From Pelomyxa schiedti (lineage: Eukaryota > Protista > Evosea): 64,000 nt of DNA. Within the stretch, counting starts at the first letter, position 1; the number at the start of each line of letters is the position of its first letter. The position numbers were made by a program, and so were the translations under genes. The DNA is taken from contig JAHLWZ010000489.1 of NCBI GenBank assembly GCA_020536535.1, positions 5,139 through 69,138 on the forward strand, given 5' to 3'. Below, piece after piece: positions 13,001 to 28,031 of the stretch. Under the pieces are notes generated by a model. That model was not told where the DNA came from, did no database searches, and saw nothing but the letters and a program-made list of their open reading frames with translations.

Positions 13001-15769
13001 GTTGTAACCACATACATCGCAGGTAGCAGGGGGAGTGAAAGAGGTATTTTTATAACCAGGCGAACACTTACACTGAGATGGAGATGTGGAGCCAGAAGCA
13101 CTAACGGAGTTTGTGGGGCAGGTGCTACAAGGATCATTTGATAGTACGTCCTTGTAAGTGTTGATTGCACAAATTTGGCAGGACCCCGCTGATAAAGTGT
13201 ACCCTGGACTGCACAAGCATTGGGAAGACAATGTTGAAGTTTGAGAGCTAGTGTTGCTGTAAGCGCCACAAGAACTGCAGGCGCTATCCAATGCTGTGGA
13301 CCACTTCCCATATCCACATACTTTGCACCCACTAGGAATTGCAGACTTTCCAGGATCGTTTGAAGTGTACCCCGCTTTGCACCGACAGTCATTTGAGCAG
13401 TAATGCCAGCTATTTGCTGGACACGTCGCAGTGCAGTTTACAAGGTATGATGTGAGGGGACACAGGCAGCTTCCATATGTCCCTGCTGAGTATCCTGCAA
13501 ACTCACAGTTGGTTCCACAGGTCCTGTGTACAAACAAAAATGTTAGACACCTTGGGGTGAAAAGGAATTTACATCGATGTGCAACTGCATTTACCAGTCT
13601 CAAGAGAGCATACACCAGCTCCACTGCAGGTGCCATCAGTGCCACATAATGTTGAACAGGTTGAACCTCCGTAACCTTCATAGCAGTGACAAACTTTGCT
13701 GTCACTGCATATGCCTTGAGAACATAAACACAGTGATGCTTTGCCATAAAATGTCCTCTGTAAAAGGTCTCAGTCCAATGGAGGGGGGAGAAAAGCATAC
13801 GAATGATGTGGGAGACTGTCCTGTGTAACCACTCACATAGATATTTTCACTATCTGAGAGAATTGCAGTAGGCCACTCTGCAGATGAAGAGGTGAGTTGT
13901 CCGGCTGACATACATGTCCCATCTGTTGTACTTAGTCTCAAAATACATGCGTCAGTGACGTCAGCATATCTTGTGGTGGTGGTTACTTGGACGAAAATAG
14001 AACATGGCATACAGTGTCGTTGAACATAGAGATAGCTTTGCTGTAAACGGAAAAGCAGCATATATGGTGGTCCCAGAAACGGCAGAAAGTGCAAAGGCTG
14101 TTTCACCCCACGGATATGTTGCCTGAATTATTCGTTATATAATGATCAGGGAACAAGTTAGAACATACCGATGAGATCAAAGGCGGTAGGATGTATGATT
14201 CTTGGTAAGCACGTGCCCACTGGCAAGTCAGAGTGTAACTTGACCCTTGGCCAGTTATTTTTGCCAAAAAAACAGCTTCAGTTGTTGCTGTGAGAGAAGT
14301 GCTACAAATAGTGGTGGTGCCATTGAATCGTCCAAAGATATAATAAGCATATGATGAGGTAGTGATGGATAAAACACCAAGTTCACCACGAGACCCAGAA
14401 TTCGGCGATACAACAGAGAGAGGGGTGACAGTAGCACCAGTATCTGGGTCTGCAAGCCATTTAGAGTTCAAGGTTTTCAGACGGTACCATACTCAGACAA
14501 TAGACATAGCTGATAGTAGGTGTTGATACACCCACTATAGGGTAATATGTCGAGGTGGGAATGTATGCCTGAATTCCTATGGATCTGATTGTCCCAGATG
14601 TCGTTGAAAGTTTCACAAGCCATGAAACAGATTGCCCGATCATTTTCATGACCCAGGCCTAGTTGGATCAGTCAAAGGGCACCGGTTTTGATAATACATA
14701 CATCCCGGTTTGGAGAGGAGTATATTGAGTAGGTTGTGTCATTGTACGCTGCATAAAAAGGAGCTCCTGATAGGGCAACAAAGTATCCTCCCCAATACAA
14801 CGTATTCGATGAAGCCTGAATGAATTGTGTCACAACGGAGAGATATTGTAAAACAAGTACTCATACTTGATAGGAACACGCTGTGGGTGCAATGCCTCCA
14901 TTGACAGTGGATTTAGTAACATGTACCCAAGCTACAACGCCATCAGCACCTACACGCATGACAAAGGGCATTCCATAGGTAGCCGTGCCAAAATCAGACC
15001 GTAGAATCGAACCAAAATAGGTTGGCCCACTCACAAGACCAACAACAAACACTCCAGATGTAAAAAAAAGTTAAAGGAAACGCTCAAAAGTAACAGAAAA
15101 AGGGATGTAAAAGGATATCCACCAGCATCACATATGGCGCACATTTGCGCTTTGAAGCTTGAACTTATGGTTCCATCAGAAGTAACTCTTGTTACCCATT
15201 GGTAGGTTCCATTAGTAAAGAGTTTGGCAACGTAGCCAGTTTGAGTTGCAGTAGAGGACAACTTTTGTGAGTTAGTATTTTCTCAGTACAATGGGGGAGG
15301 AAAAATACTTGGTTTATGACTATCCCAGGTGGGAAAGTCCAACTTGCTCCACCCGCTGCACCAGTCAAAGTTCCTATTGTATAAACCTACAGATAATAAA
15401 TAACCCACCTCCACAAAATACTCTTTAACCAACCTCCAAAATTTAAAAAAAGAAAGGAAACGAAAAAAAAAGGGGGAAAAAAAAAAAGAAAACAACCTGG
15501 CCGGCAGACAACACTGCAGTCGGACCCATCATCATGTTTGAGCTCGTCGCGGCCAACGCCCCAACCCCAGGCGACTGCGTCCACACGTCCCCGAACATCC
15601 TGTCCTCCCCAAAAACCCCGCACCCACTCATCATCGTCATCACCGCCGTCACAAACAAAATCGCCAACGCATTGTGGGTGGTACCGCCCTCCCACATTCT
15701 TCTCCTCCTGCTCCTCCCTCGCGAGGGTGCTGCGTGCGCCCTGCAACCACAACTAATTTTACACGACAT
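10034..15769 (-). CDS. Giant type I membrane Cys-rich surface protein (beta-propeller-like N-terminus, GCC2/GCC3 ephrin-receptor-like repeats, Ser-rich stalk, TM)
   Basis: Hydrophobic N-terminal segment; repeated YVAKL/FVMRV/FLAKI..W motifs; many C..C..GTYK...N..C..C...STT...C.C.PGY repeats; poly-Ser stalk; TM LAWAWALVSIAGLCAGGGAIAAGVFGC; short tail. Start codon uncertain. Confidence 0.8.
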
Positions 15770-15979
15770 CAACAGCAGTATGTTTTGTTTCGTTGAGCTC
15801 TTTTCAGAGAATTTCCGTCACCCAAAAACAACGCGTGGGTTCCTGCGGGATTCCGGACCTCCAGCCACTCCCTCCCCCAACAAAGGGCACCAACCACCTC
15901 CCTCTTGTTCCAATTCACACCCCCCAGTTGTGGGTGTGGAACAGCCGGTCCACATCACAATAATCAAAACCGTTTCGAA

Positions 15980-18900
15980 ATGGCATCGGCGCCAGTGCCC
16001 GGGCAACGGCTGAGCGGCATCGACTCTAGCGACGCGTGGCCCAGCGGCTCCACGTCCCCGCCGCTGCCGCCCAGGGGAGCAGCACCCCCAGCCACGACCA
16101 CCACCACCAAGAGTGCCACCAGCATACAGTTCTCCGCCACGCTGACAACCGCCTCGCCTGTTATCGACGAAGGATCAGACGGCGACGGCTACGCGGGGGG
16201 CAACCCGCCAACCACGACGACTACCACTACTACTACAACTACTACTACGAGCGTGGGTGGTGATGGGGGTGGGGGCACAGGGAGCAGTAGCAACAAGAGG
16301 CGTCGTGGCGGGCACGGGCACGAGCACGAGCACGGGGGCGAGAGGGAGCTCCTGGATGTGGACGGTCGGTACCAACCTATATATATACTTGTAGCTATTT
16401 TTAGATAAAGCTGTGATTGAGTAACTTGTGTTACTGTACATCAATATGTATATGTACATATGTTAAGCCAGCTAGCGTGTGTGTCTGCGCGAGGGTGGTT
16501 TCGCCACACGCCATCTAATGAGCCAAAGAAGATGAACACCATGAGGGTGGGGGTGGTGAACGGCAACCTCTGGTTGCTTCATCTCGTGTGCCCAAAAAAG
16601 ATCCGCTGCCTCCGCTCAAGACGTGCACAAATCTGATTTCGTTGATCGCTGCCTGCAGAGAGCGAGCAAAGAGAGATGGCTTGTGGTTTGCAGTGGAAGT
16701 ATTTATCTCTATAATCCCGTTTGTTGTGGCTGGCTTTATTACTGCTGCAGTACTGGCGCTACTCTGGGGATTTGAAGAAACCTGGAACGCTCTTGGGTGG
16801 CAAGGATGGGCTACCATGGCTGTAACCATCTTTTTGGTTTTAGTTCTTCTCAAGGAAGTGACCCACCCAGCCGTCATGGTGATGGCAGCGGACCTAATTC
16901 TGGTTCACCTTGTTAGTGCATAAATTTTTTTATTCTCAGTGTGCACCAGGTCTGCATGACTGTTATAACCATTGATGATGCTTGTGCCGGTTTTGGAAAT
17001 ACAAGTGTGGCAACCATAGCTATTATGTTAATTGTCAGTGAAGGAATTAAGTATGCCTCCAGATTATTTTGTCGTCTTATCCTTTCAGAGAGACAAAGGC
17101 CTTAGATATTATTGGGCGTTATGTTCTTCCAAAGGGAAAACAAGTATAAGCGGTCTCACACACAAAAAAAAACTAAATTCACAAGGCCCGTTACTTGTGG
17201 TGGGCTCAAGTTCGCTTGTTAGTGCCAGTACAGTGCTTATCGGCATTCCTCAACAACACTCCTTGTGTTGCCATGAATATTCCTGTTGTGATGAACTATT
17301 GTAAAACAACGGGAAGAAGGTAATAACTATTACTTCTTCATACCTGACATTTTCAAACAGCCCGTCAAAGATGCTTATGCCACTGAGCTTTGGTGTAATT
17401 GTTGGTGGGCTTATTACTCTTGTAGGTACCAGTACTAATATGGTGGTTGTCGGACTGCTTCAAGATGTTGCTCCACATATAACCTTGGGAATGTTTGAAA
17501 TAGGTATTGCTATTTCACTTAGCATTTTTTAATGAAGTTAGGCATTATTGGCGTTCCACTTTCTATACTGACTGTACTCTACACGGTTTTTGCTTCCAGG
17601 TATTGCTCATGTGGCAACCAACCCATAACCTTTCTTAACAAAGGCTTCTGCCAGACGACCGCCGTACATCACTTATGGAAAGCTACACAGGAAATCAGCA
17701 TGACTATACTGTTACTGTTGCCGTTCAAAAAGATTCTGTTGTGGTTGGTAATACAATTGGAGGAGCTGGTTTAAGGAATCTCTCTGGGCTATATCTATTT
17801 GCTGTTGAGCGAAGATTGGAAGTATACGTCCAATAATATCTTTTCTTTTCCTCACAAATTATAGTTTTTGCCTGAAACGAATCCAGACACTGTAATTCTT
17901 GCAGATGATGTACTTTATTTCAGTGGAGCGGTAAAATCCGTGAAAGAGCTACTGGCAATAGATGGCTTGCAGCCTCGAGAGCATTCTAGAATTGCAGGAG
18001 TTCAAGATAAACACCTGGGATTGCTGGAAGTTGTACTTGACCCGAAGTCTCAGTTGATTGGGCAGACTATCAGAGAATCAAAATTCAGGTCAGTTGCAGC
18101 TGATGATTTTTAGACGACCACCTAAATGAACCAAAACAAGGACAACTTATAAGGCCTCGGTGGTTGCTGTCTCTCGACGGGGAAAAGCCATAAAAGGCAA
18201 ACTTGGTGACCTTAGATTGAAGCAAGGTGACCTGATACTGGTGCTGGCCCCACGCTCTTTTATACGTGATTACTCCAACAATTTTCTTCTCATATCGGAG
18301 ATATCAGGCAGCGCTCTCTTTTCATTTACACCGTATGTTCATAAAACAATATGGACGCCTTCACCCACTGTAAACAGATGGCAAGTGATTACGTCTTTAG
18401 TGTGCCTGCTAGTTCCAGTTTGCCTTGCTGCTACTGAAAAGGTTTCCCTTGCTACAGTCGGAATGGCCGGTGTATTCGGACTGATTATCACTGGAGTACT
18501 TACAGTGCAACAATGTGTCAGAGCAATAGAGGCACGTTCCCGTACTCCCGGCCACCGTCACCTTAACTATTTACAGGGCCTTGTTCTTATCACCGTGGCG
18601 GGGTCATTTGCCCTTTCCACCGCCATCAGCAACTCCGGTGTTGCAGTGACCATCGCCAATTCTATTGTAAAGCTAGTTGGACCTTGGGTATCTAATTGCT
18701 TCTTCAACACAGTACTAAAACAGAGTTTTAGGGAGACATTGGTCTTCTTTTGGGCATCTACCTTCCCACAGTTGCTCTGACAAATATAATGAACAACACC
18801 GCTGTTGTTGCCTTGATGTTCCCAATAGTGTATGCCACACCAGCCCCTTCCCCTTAAGTAAAGGATAATGTCAGGTGGTCACTGGTTGAGAGCACAGGAT

Positions 18901-19171
18901 TGGCCGTGAAAGCGGCAATGTATTGTCTGATGGTGTCAGCCTCATCCTGCTTTATTCTACCCATAGGATACCAGACTAACCTTATGGTAATGGGTCCAGG
19001 AAACTACACGTAAGTATCCTATAACCCGATTTTACACCTGATTTAAATATAATCCTCATACAACCAACCGATTCACACAGAATGGTGCACTTTATCAAAT
19101 TCGGAACCCCTCTGACTATCCTCCTGGGGGCAGCCACTATTCTGATTCCATATTTTGTGTGGTGTGACTGA
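15980..19171 (+). CDS. SLC13-family Na+/sulfate (or dicarboxylate) symporter with TrkA-C/RCK_C domains
   Basis: SAFLNNTP, PSKMLMPLSFG..GG.ITLVGTSTNMVV, TrkA-C segments (LIGQTIRESKFR; VAVSRRG...LKQGD), PIGYQTNLMVMGPGNY..F.KFG.PL. Confidence 0.9.
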
Positions 19172-19293
19172 GCAACACCATTTTTCACTCAAAAAAATCC
19201 TTTGTATCTGTACCGTGTTTTCCTCCATTTCTAAACTTGTTCTATCCTGCGATTAGAAATTCAAATTGAGTGCAAAGCGAAACGTCGTAGGGG

Positions 19294-21314
19294 ATGTACA
19301 CGGCGAAGACGCGCGATAACGACCCCACCAACTCGAAGTCGGGCTCCCATAATGCCATGCCCGTTGCTGGTAGCCCAACCGCCCCGCGCCCTCACATTTT
19401 TAGACGGTTTTACAGTTGGACTGTTTGGAATTGGACTGGAAACATATTGGAGTCAATTCGAGGGACTGCGTGACAGACTTATGGGGTATTTGGCAAGAGT
19501 GGAGAGGTCACTGCTTGATATGAGCCAAAAAATATCTATTAATATCGTAAATGCTGGTTTGTTGTCTGTTAATTGTTATTTCTCTAATGATGGGTTTTTC
19601 ATATAAATAGGTCTTGTTGATAGTAGTGAAAGTGCACGTTTGGCTGGGACACTGTTTGCTCGGACTAATGCAACGTTTTCCTTTAGCTCCGCTATACAAT
19701 TTCTGATTAGATTTCCGTTTAGATTGATTTACTTGTGCTGTACGTTACAACCTACGCTCTAAGCTCTACGGTTTTGCTTGTACTGCAAAGCCTGAAAGGA
19801 TCTAAAGTAAACTTTATAGGGTTTTGGCGTTTTCTGAAACACCTTTTAGGTGCCTGTACTTGTTCTTAACTTACAACCAACTGAGAGGATCGATTACAGC
19901 ACTTTTAATGCTCTTCCATCACGCCATCAGAAGACTGGAGAGTGGTTAGCAAATTGCCAAGCTTGTTGTATTCCAGGTAACAGAATCAAACAAAGCACTC
20001 CCCTAATCGAAAAAAGAGATATCTTGCGTTCTCAAGCAAACCAGCACAAAGTACTATATTGTAACTGGGACACTGGACAACCAGGGCGTTTGGGATGAAA
20101 TCCGTGGCTATATTATGGCCTGCACGGTGGCGGTCTCACTTGCCCACAGTCGTGTGGGGCTAATGGGTCGGTATTACTGCGGAATGTGCGATGTATATAC
20201 GGATTATACCCGGTTATGCCATGCATTTGGTGTAGAGTTTGTGCACGTGGAAGTGGACGAACTGACTGCTACATTCATTGAAATCGCACGCAGCTACAAT
20301 GCAACACCTGGCACTCCTCCACTCAGCGGAGTTTCAGCCTCTGCTACTCCCAACCCAGTAACACACATGCTGGAAACATTATTCCCACAAGTTTTCTCCA
20401 TCTCACCACAGTGCTCTGGAGAGGACCTTATCCAAGCGGCAATAACATCATGCGCTCTGCAAAACATTGTGAAAAGGCATAACCTAGGGGCTATAGCTTA
20501 CTACTATGAGGGGCAAGGGCACTTGGAGCACAGCGAAGCCCGAAATAACCGCGACTCTATTGCATCCATTATACCCGGTGCAACTATCCTTACAGCTTTG
20601 GGGACACCAATGGCTGGGGAGTACGAAGTGAAGAATGTCATTGCTATGAAGATAATGGACCTTCTTGGGTGCGGTGGGTCCTTTTCTGAGTTCTACTCCA
20701 TGGTTTTTCTTGTTTTTCTTAAGCTAATTCCGATTAACCCACAATCAGGATTTTGTAGATGACGTACTTATTCTTGGGCATGATGGGCCTTGCCATTCAA
20801 GAATAGCCCAATGTGCTGATTCCCTGTTCCCTCCTAATTCTCAACCCTACCCAGATAAAGTCGACTTAGTTCCCCTGGAAGTCTACCACGGGAAAAAAGG
20901 AAGAGGCCTGAGCGTTCAAATGAGTGTGGTCCATGGGCCTATAACAATACTCTCTGTATGTCAGTCCCCATCCGGTGGTGTTCTCCTTCTAGTAGCGGAA
21001 GGAACCGCAGTCCCCGGTCCCACGCTAGGTACTAAATCCACAATTCCATCATCAACTAGCAATATATTATATATAACAATAATAGAATAAAATCTTCTAT
21101 CCACTTCTGAATTCAGAAGAATATCCACTGACACTGAATTTCAGAAATAGGAAACACCAACACGCGGTGCCGATTCAATGCACGCGTAGGTGACATGGTC
21201 AATGCGTGGTCAATGGCTGGGCCATCCCATCATTGCGCCCTGGCCACTGGTCACCTGGCCTCTGTCATCCACAAACTGGCTTTGCTCCTGGGCATAGACT
21301 TCCAGCAAGTTTGA
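19294..21314 (+). CDS. L-arabinose/L-fucose isomerase family protein (bacterial-type, intron-containing)
   Basis: VGLFGIGLETYWSQFEGLRDRL, YVTTYALSSTVL, TGEWLANCQAC, MGRYYCGMCDVY, AGEYEVKNVIAMKIMD..G.GGSFSEFY, LGHDGP.H, YHGK.G.GLS, IGNTN.R, GPSHHCA. Confidence 0.85.
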
Positions 21315-21583
21315 GGATTCCTCAGAGAAGGTTACTGACCTATAAGCTAATTCTATGCAATGTTGATTGTTTGTAGCCAACAACTCGACAACAACCACCA
21401 ATGTGTCCATCATCAAGCCCCAAAACAAAAAGAAGGGTAGAAGAATTACACCATCACTAGTTCGTTCTTTTCACGAAACTTTTTTTTTTCTTTTTGTCGT
21501 CGGTGACAGGAGCAAAAGCCCGGATACACTAACGACGCAACGCAAACATTAAACAAAGAAAAAAAAACAAGACACACATAGAG

Positions 21584-24026
<2,443 letters not shown>

Positions 24027-24154
24027 TACACTTCATTAATGTACACCCCACACCCCTTTGTTACTATCACACATTGCTTTTTTTTTTTCTTCTTCTTCTT
24101 AGTTTGTTTTGACGGGATGGAGGTGGTGACACTGTTCTCACCGTGCAGTTTAGG

Positions 24155-26353
24155 TTACGTTGATCTTGGCCTTTTGGGGGCTGGAGTGTGGGCTTGGTCC
24201 GCCAGCCAGTCCTTGGTCTCGTCACAAAGCCAATCCCTTTGAGTCCTGGGTAAGGTTGTGTTGGCGTAGTCCAAAATCTCGGGCACAGCGAGCCCCAGCT
24301 TTTTGATGGAGAGGGAAATATGACGCGGCGATGCCAGGACGATGTTCAGGAGCGCGTTCCTGGTACGAGTGTTCTTGTCGTTTTCTTCCGTCATGTCGTT
24401 CTGCTTTGGAACGTACCTGATGGCGGCTGAGATACCAGGAAATCGCCTCAGAAGCATCCTCCACGTGGACAAGCTTATGATCCACGGCAGCAAATAACCT
24501 TCGGCTTTGGCTAGTACGCTCAGCACCTTTTTTTTTTCCCCGGTTAGAATAGGTAGATAGAGGTGCTGATTTTAAACCTGAGGTAACGTGATGTCGAATC
24601 TTTGAATCAGCCACTCTGCACAGTTGGTTTTCCTTAACAGGTTTTGCAGTAAATCAATAGTATTTTTTCTCTTGATGTCCTCTGCATTCAGGTGGTAAGT
24701 CTCAACCACCCACTTCACAGACTTGCTGGAGAGCATGTGAACCGAGAGGCTTTTGCCTGCTTGGGACTGTGTTGGCATCAGAAGGGCATATATCTCACTG
24801 ATAGACTTGAAGTCATATTCCGCTGCATACAAGAGAACTGTGTCCCACATTTCATTTGTATCTTCAGAGTGGGGGATGTCAAATTTCTTCAACAGGAACA
24901 AGGCACCTGGGAAGTTTTTTTTTCTGAGGCAGTTCACAACTGCATTCATCAAATCACCCTCGTCAGGTATCCTTGGTAGTAGTCTGTTGACGAGCCACTC
25001 AAGTGGCTTGTACCCATAATCCAGTGCATGTGCCACCGCTGAGAGCTCGACCTTCTCAGAGCCCATAATGTTGTGGTATCTCTCCTGCAGCCAGTTTGCT
25101 ACTGCCATGTTGTGTGCACCTAGTGCCTTGCAGAGCATATCTGGAACTGTAATATTCCGGTGTGCGGCATATTGTGTTTCTCTCTGCAGCACCAACTGTA
25201 CCACAGGAACACTGTCTCTCTTGTTTGTGAACACGTGGTCATCAATTGTTAGGAAAACGTGGCAACTGTCAATAAGCCACTCAACGAGACTTACATCGCA
25301 GATTGTGTGGACAGCATGCAGCAGGCACTTCTTTGATGGTGTCACCAAACCACTATCAAGCATCCACCTCAAAGTCTTTGCTTCTCTGCAACTTTCCACA
25401 CATTCTTCCCACTCCATGGCCGGGAATTTAAACGCGAACCACTTGCACCCCTCAATCTTCTCCTCAGCACGCTTTTTACCTCCCAGAAACTTCTTTGCCA
25501 TCGTCTCTGGATGCGTGACAGCAGGGCATTTTCCGACCAGCCACTTTATCACGTCCAAGTCACCACTTGACAGGCCCGGGCAATAGTGCGTTTCACCAAA
25601 CAGCCACTTCACCACGTCCAGGTGGCCGCCCTGAGCAGCCGCACCAAGTGCGTAGCCGAGCTCCGCCTCACTTGCGCCGAACCTGTGCACCATCCACCTT
25701 GCTATCTTCAAGTGACCGGCCCTGCACACAGAGCACAACAGAGGTTCTTTCTGTTGGTCGCTGCTCCAGAAATGCACGTCCCTCACGTCGTCGTCTGCAT
25801 CCTCGCCACGCTCACCAGCAGGCCAGCTCAACCCACAATTCCTCATCCACGATAAGTCATCACATGTAGCGCTACTGCTACTCCCCCTCCCACAATGGCG
25901 CCGCTGGGGTGCCGGTACTGGGCTTGTTGCAGTGGTTGTGGTTGGAGACGGATTGGATCTTGCGGCGAGGGACTGAGCGGCTCTGAGGTGGCCGCCGACA
26001 CACAGACCACGAAACACAGCCAGGCAGTCCTTGTAGCTGTCCCTGGTGTCCCGGTGTCCCACAATCCACCTCACGCACCTCCCTCTGCCATCATCGCATG
26101 CGGCGATGGCGGCGCACTCCAGCGCGAAGTAGGACGAGCGGTAGCGCGTGCCCCCGAGCCTCACGTTTCTGGTCGCTAGTACCGCGGCGCATGCGCGTGG
26201 CACGAGTGGGAACATCGACTCGGCGAGGGCCATCAGGCGGACACACTTGTTGCGCGTCAGTGGGTGGCCGTCGCTCTTGCTTTCCAGAATGTATGGCACT
26301 ACGACGTGTACCCAGACAGTGTGCGAAACCGTCAGAACGATCTTGTTCGCCAT
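24155..26353 (-). CDS. Ankyrin-repeat-like protein (lineage-expanded family, paralog of 48186-50466)
   Basis: Repeated AC..GHL.V.KWL motifs; one intron 24527-24577. Confidence 0.75.
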
Positions 26354-26356
26354 TAT

Positions 26357-27200
26357 TCAAATAATTGCTTTTGTCAAGGAAAGGAAATGGGCAGAAGGGG
26401 GCGAAGAGTTCTTCCAATCATATTCTAATGATGGTACACCATACTTTGAAGCGGATCTATTTACATTTTCGGTACAATGCATTTGGTTGACAAAATTGCT
26501 GATGGTGGCATGGATGATGATGGTTGGTGTGACAGGAGACATCCCCTCAGAATCGTGGCCAACAGCATGGCAACCATAGTAATACCAATTAACATGCTCA
26601 TTATTGGGCTTGACGAAGCAGTCGTCGCAGTGGGGGTGCCCGCATCGGTAAGAATGTTGCACCCGGGACCACACACGCCTTCACATTGGAATCCATCTAA
26701 GAAGCATTCCTCAGTCCAGCAATCCATGTCGCATTGGTAGTTGCCAATCAGCCAGGGCCACAGTTAGTGCACTGCACATTGGAAATGGGAGTTAGAGACA
26801 CGGCAAAATAAAGTATAAGATATAAGATTACAAGTGTATGATGTGATCCGCTGAGCCATATATAATAAAAAAAAGAAGCTCCTACACACAGCAGTCTCCG
26901 CCGTCCCACGCACAGTCGGCGTTGGCGCACTCCCAATCGCACATGCCATTGCCCCAGTCTGCTGCAGCGCAGTTCCAGTCGCCGCAGTCTCCGCCGTCGT
27001 AGTTGCATTCCTCTGTCATGCACCACGAGTCGCATTGGCGGTTCCCGATCGATCTGTCCGGGCATCCAGGGTTGCATAGGTCTGTTTGTTGTTGGTGAGA
27101 TATAAAAATGGCGCAAAAGGAAAAGAAAAACGGGAAATGGAGCACGCCTCTGCAGTCGCCCTTATCGAAGAAGTTTCCCCTGCTGAAACACTCGACGACT
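26357..27200 (-). pseudogene. Deleted, frameshifted copy of the LNR-repeat gene
   Basis: Near-identical to parts of 28032-29691, but the signal-peptide segment is deleted and an internal deletion near 26640 joins 'CNILTDAG' out of frame to the C-terminal 'PHCDDCFVKP..VNWYYY' block. Confidence 0.75.
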
Positions 27201-27464
27201 TCCCGAAAGAGGGAAAAATCACGACACGAGTCCCTGCGATGATGATTGCACACACACCCACCTCAGCGGAATCCTCCTCCTCGTCTTCCCCGATACCTCC
27301 ACCGAGCAGCGGCCTCGGCTGGTGGCGACGCTCCTTGGGGGAGCACACAGCCTGGGCGACCCACGTGTGAGGCACGCTGTTGTGGATCTGCCTCTTGTGC
27401 GAGTTTGTGGCCATGAAGCTGTGACCGAAAGACTTTCTTGATGGTTCTTGGAATTGTCCAGACT

Positions 27465-27472
27465 GCCCATAA
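27465..27472 (+). promoter_or_regulatory. DUSE-like snRNA upstream element (G)CCCATAA
   Basis: First C is 61 nt upstream of U2 +1; resembles the Dictyostelium DUSE consensus WCCCAYAA found at about -60. Confidence 0.75.
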
Positions 27473-27526
27473 TTTCTCTGTAAGCAGTAGCTGGGTATTT
27501 TCGAGGGCAGGGACAAACTGACCTTC

Positions 27527-27742
27527 ATACCTTCTCGGCCTTTTGGCTAAGATCAAGTGTAGTATCTGTTCTTTTCAGCTTAATATCTGAAAGCTGCCCA
27601 TTGGGTAGCATCGATATTAAACTTATTTTTTGTGGGGTCGCTGGGGGTGCCTGGTTGGTGGTGGGGCTTGCTCCGCCGTCAACTTGGGCTCCCTCCTGAT
27701 TGCCCAGGCACTGCACTGCCGCCTCGTGTGGTCAGCCCCACT
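27527..27742 (+). ncRNA. U2: U2 spliceosomal snRNA
   Basis: ATACCTTCTCGGCCTTTTGGCTAAGATCAAGTGTAGTATCTGTTCTT; branch-point recognition GTAGTA 27559-27564; Sm site ATTTTTTG 27625-27632; GCTTGCT stem III and CTGCAC loop IV. 3' end approximate. Confidence 0.97.
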
Positions 27743-28031
27743 CCCAATTCAAGCAAAACAAAGCATTTCTTTTAATCTTGTTTGTGACTATGGTCCGTGC
27801 CGAAAACTTGTGTGTTGGGAATAAGGAAAGGAACCTGTGGAATCTGGATGCTGTGCAGTGGGTCCACTTAAGACAAACACATCTACCACACTCAGTCAGG
27901 TACACCTGTGTAGTGTACCTGCACAATGGCTGTGTTGACTTATCACCCACTATTTACAATGTACAAAGTTTTTATTTCAAAAAAAGGAGATGGTTGTTTT
28001 GTTTCTGGTATTTATGGTGGGGCATCATCTC

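Noticed and set aside
18308-18352. Apparent non-canonical GC-AT intron in the SLC13 gene
   Set aside because: A canonical GTATGT...AAACAG 45-nt intron slightly downstream explains the reading frame.
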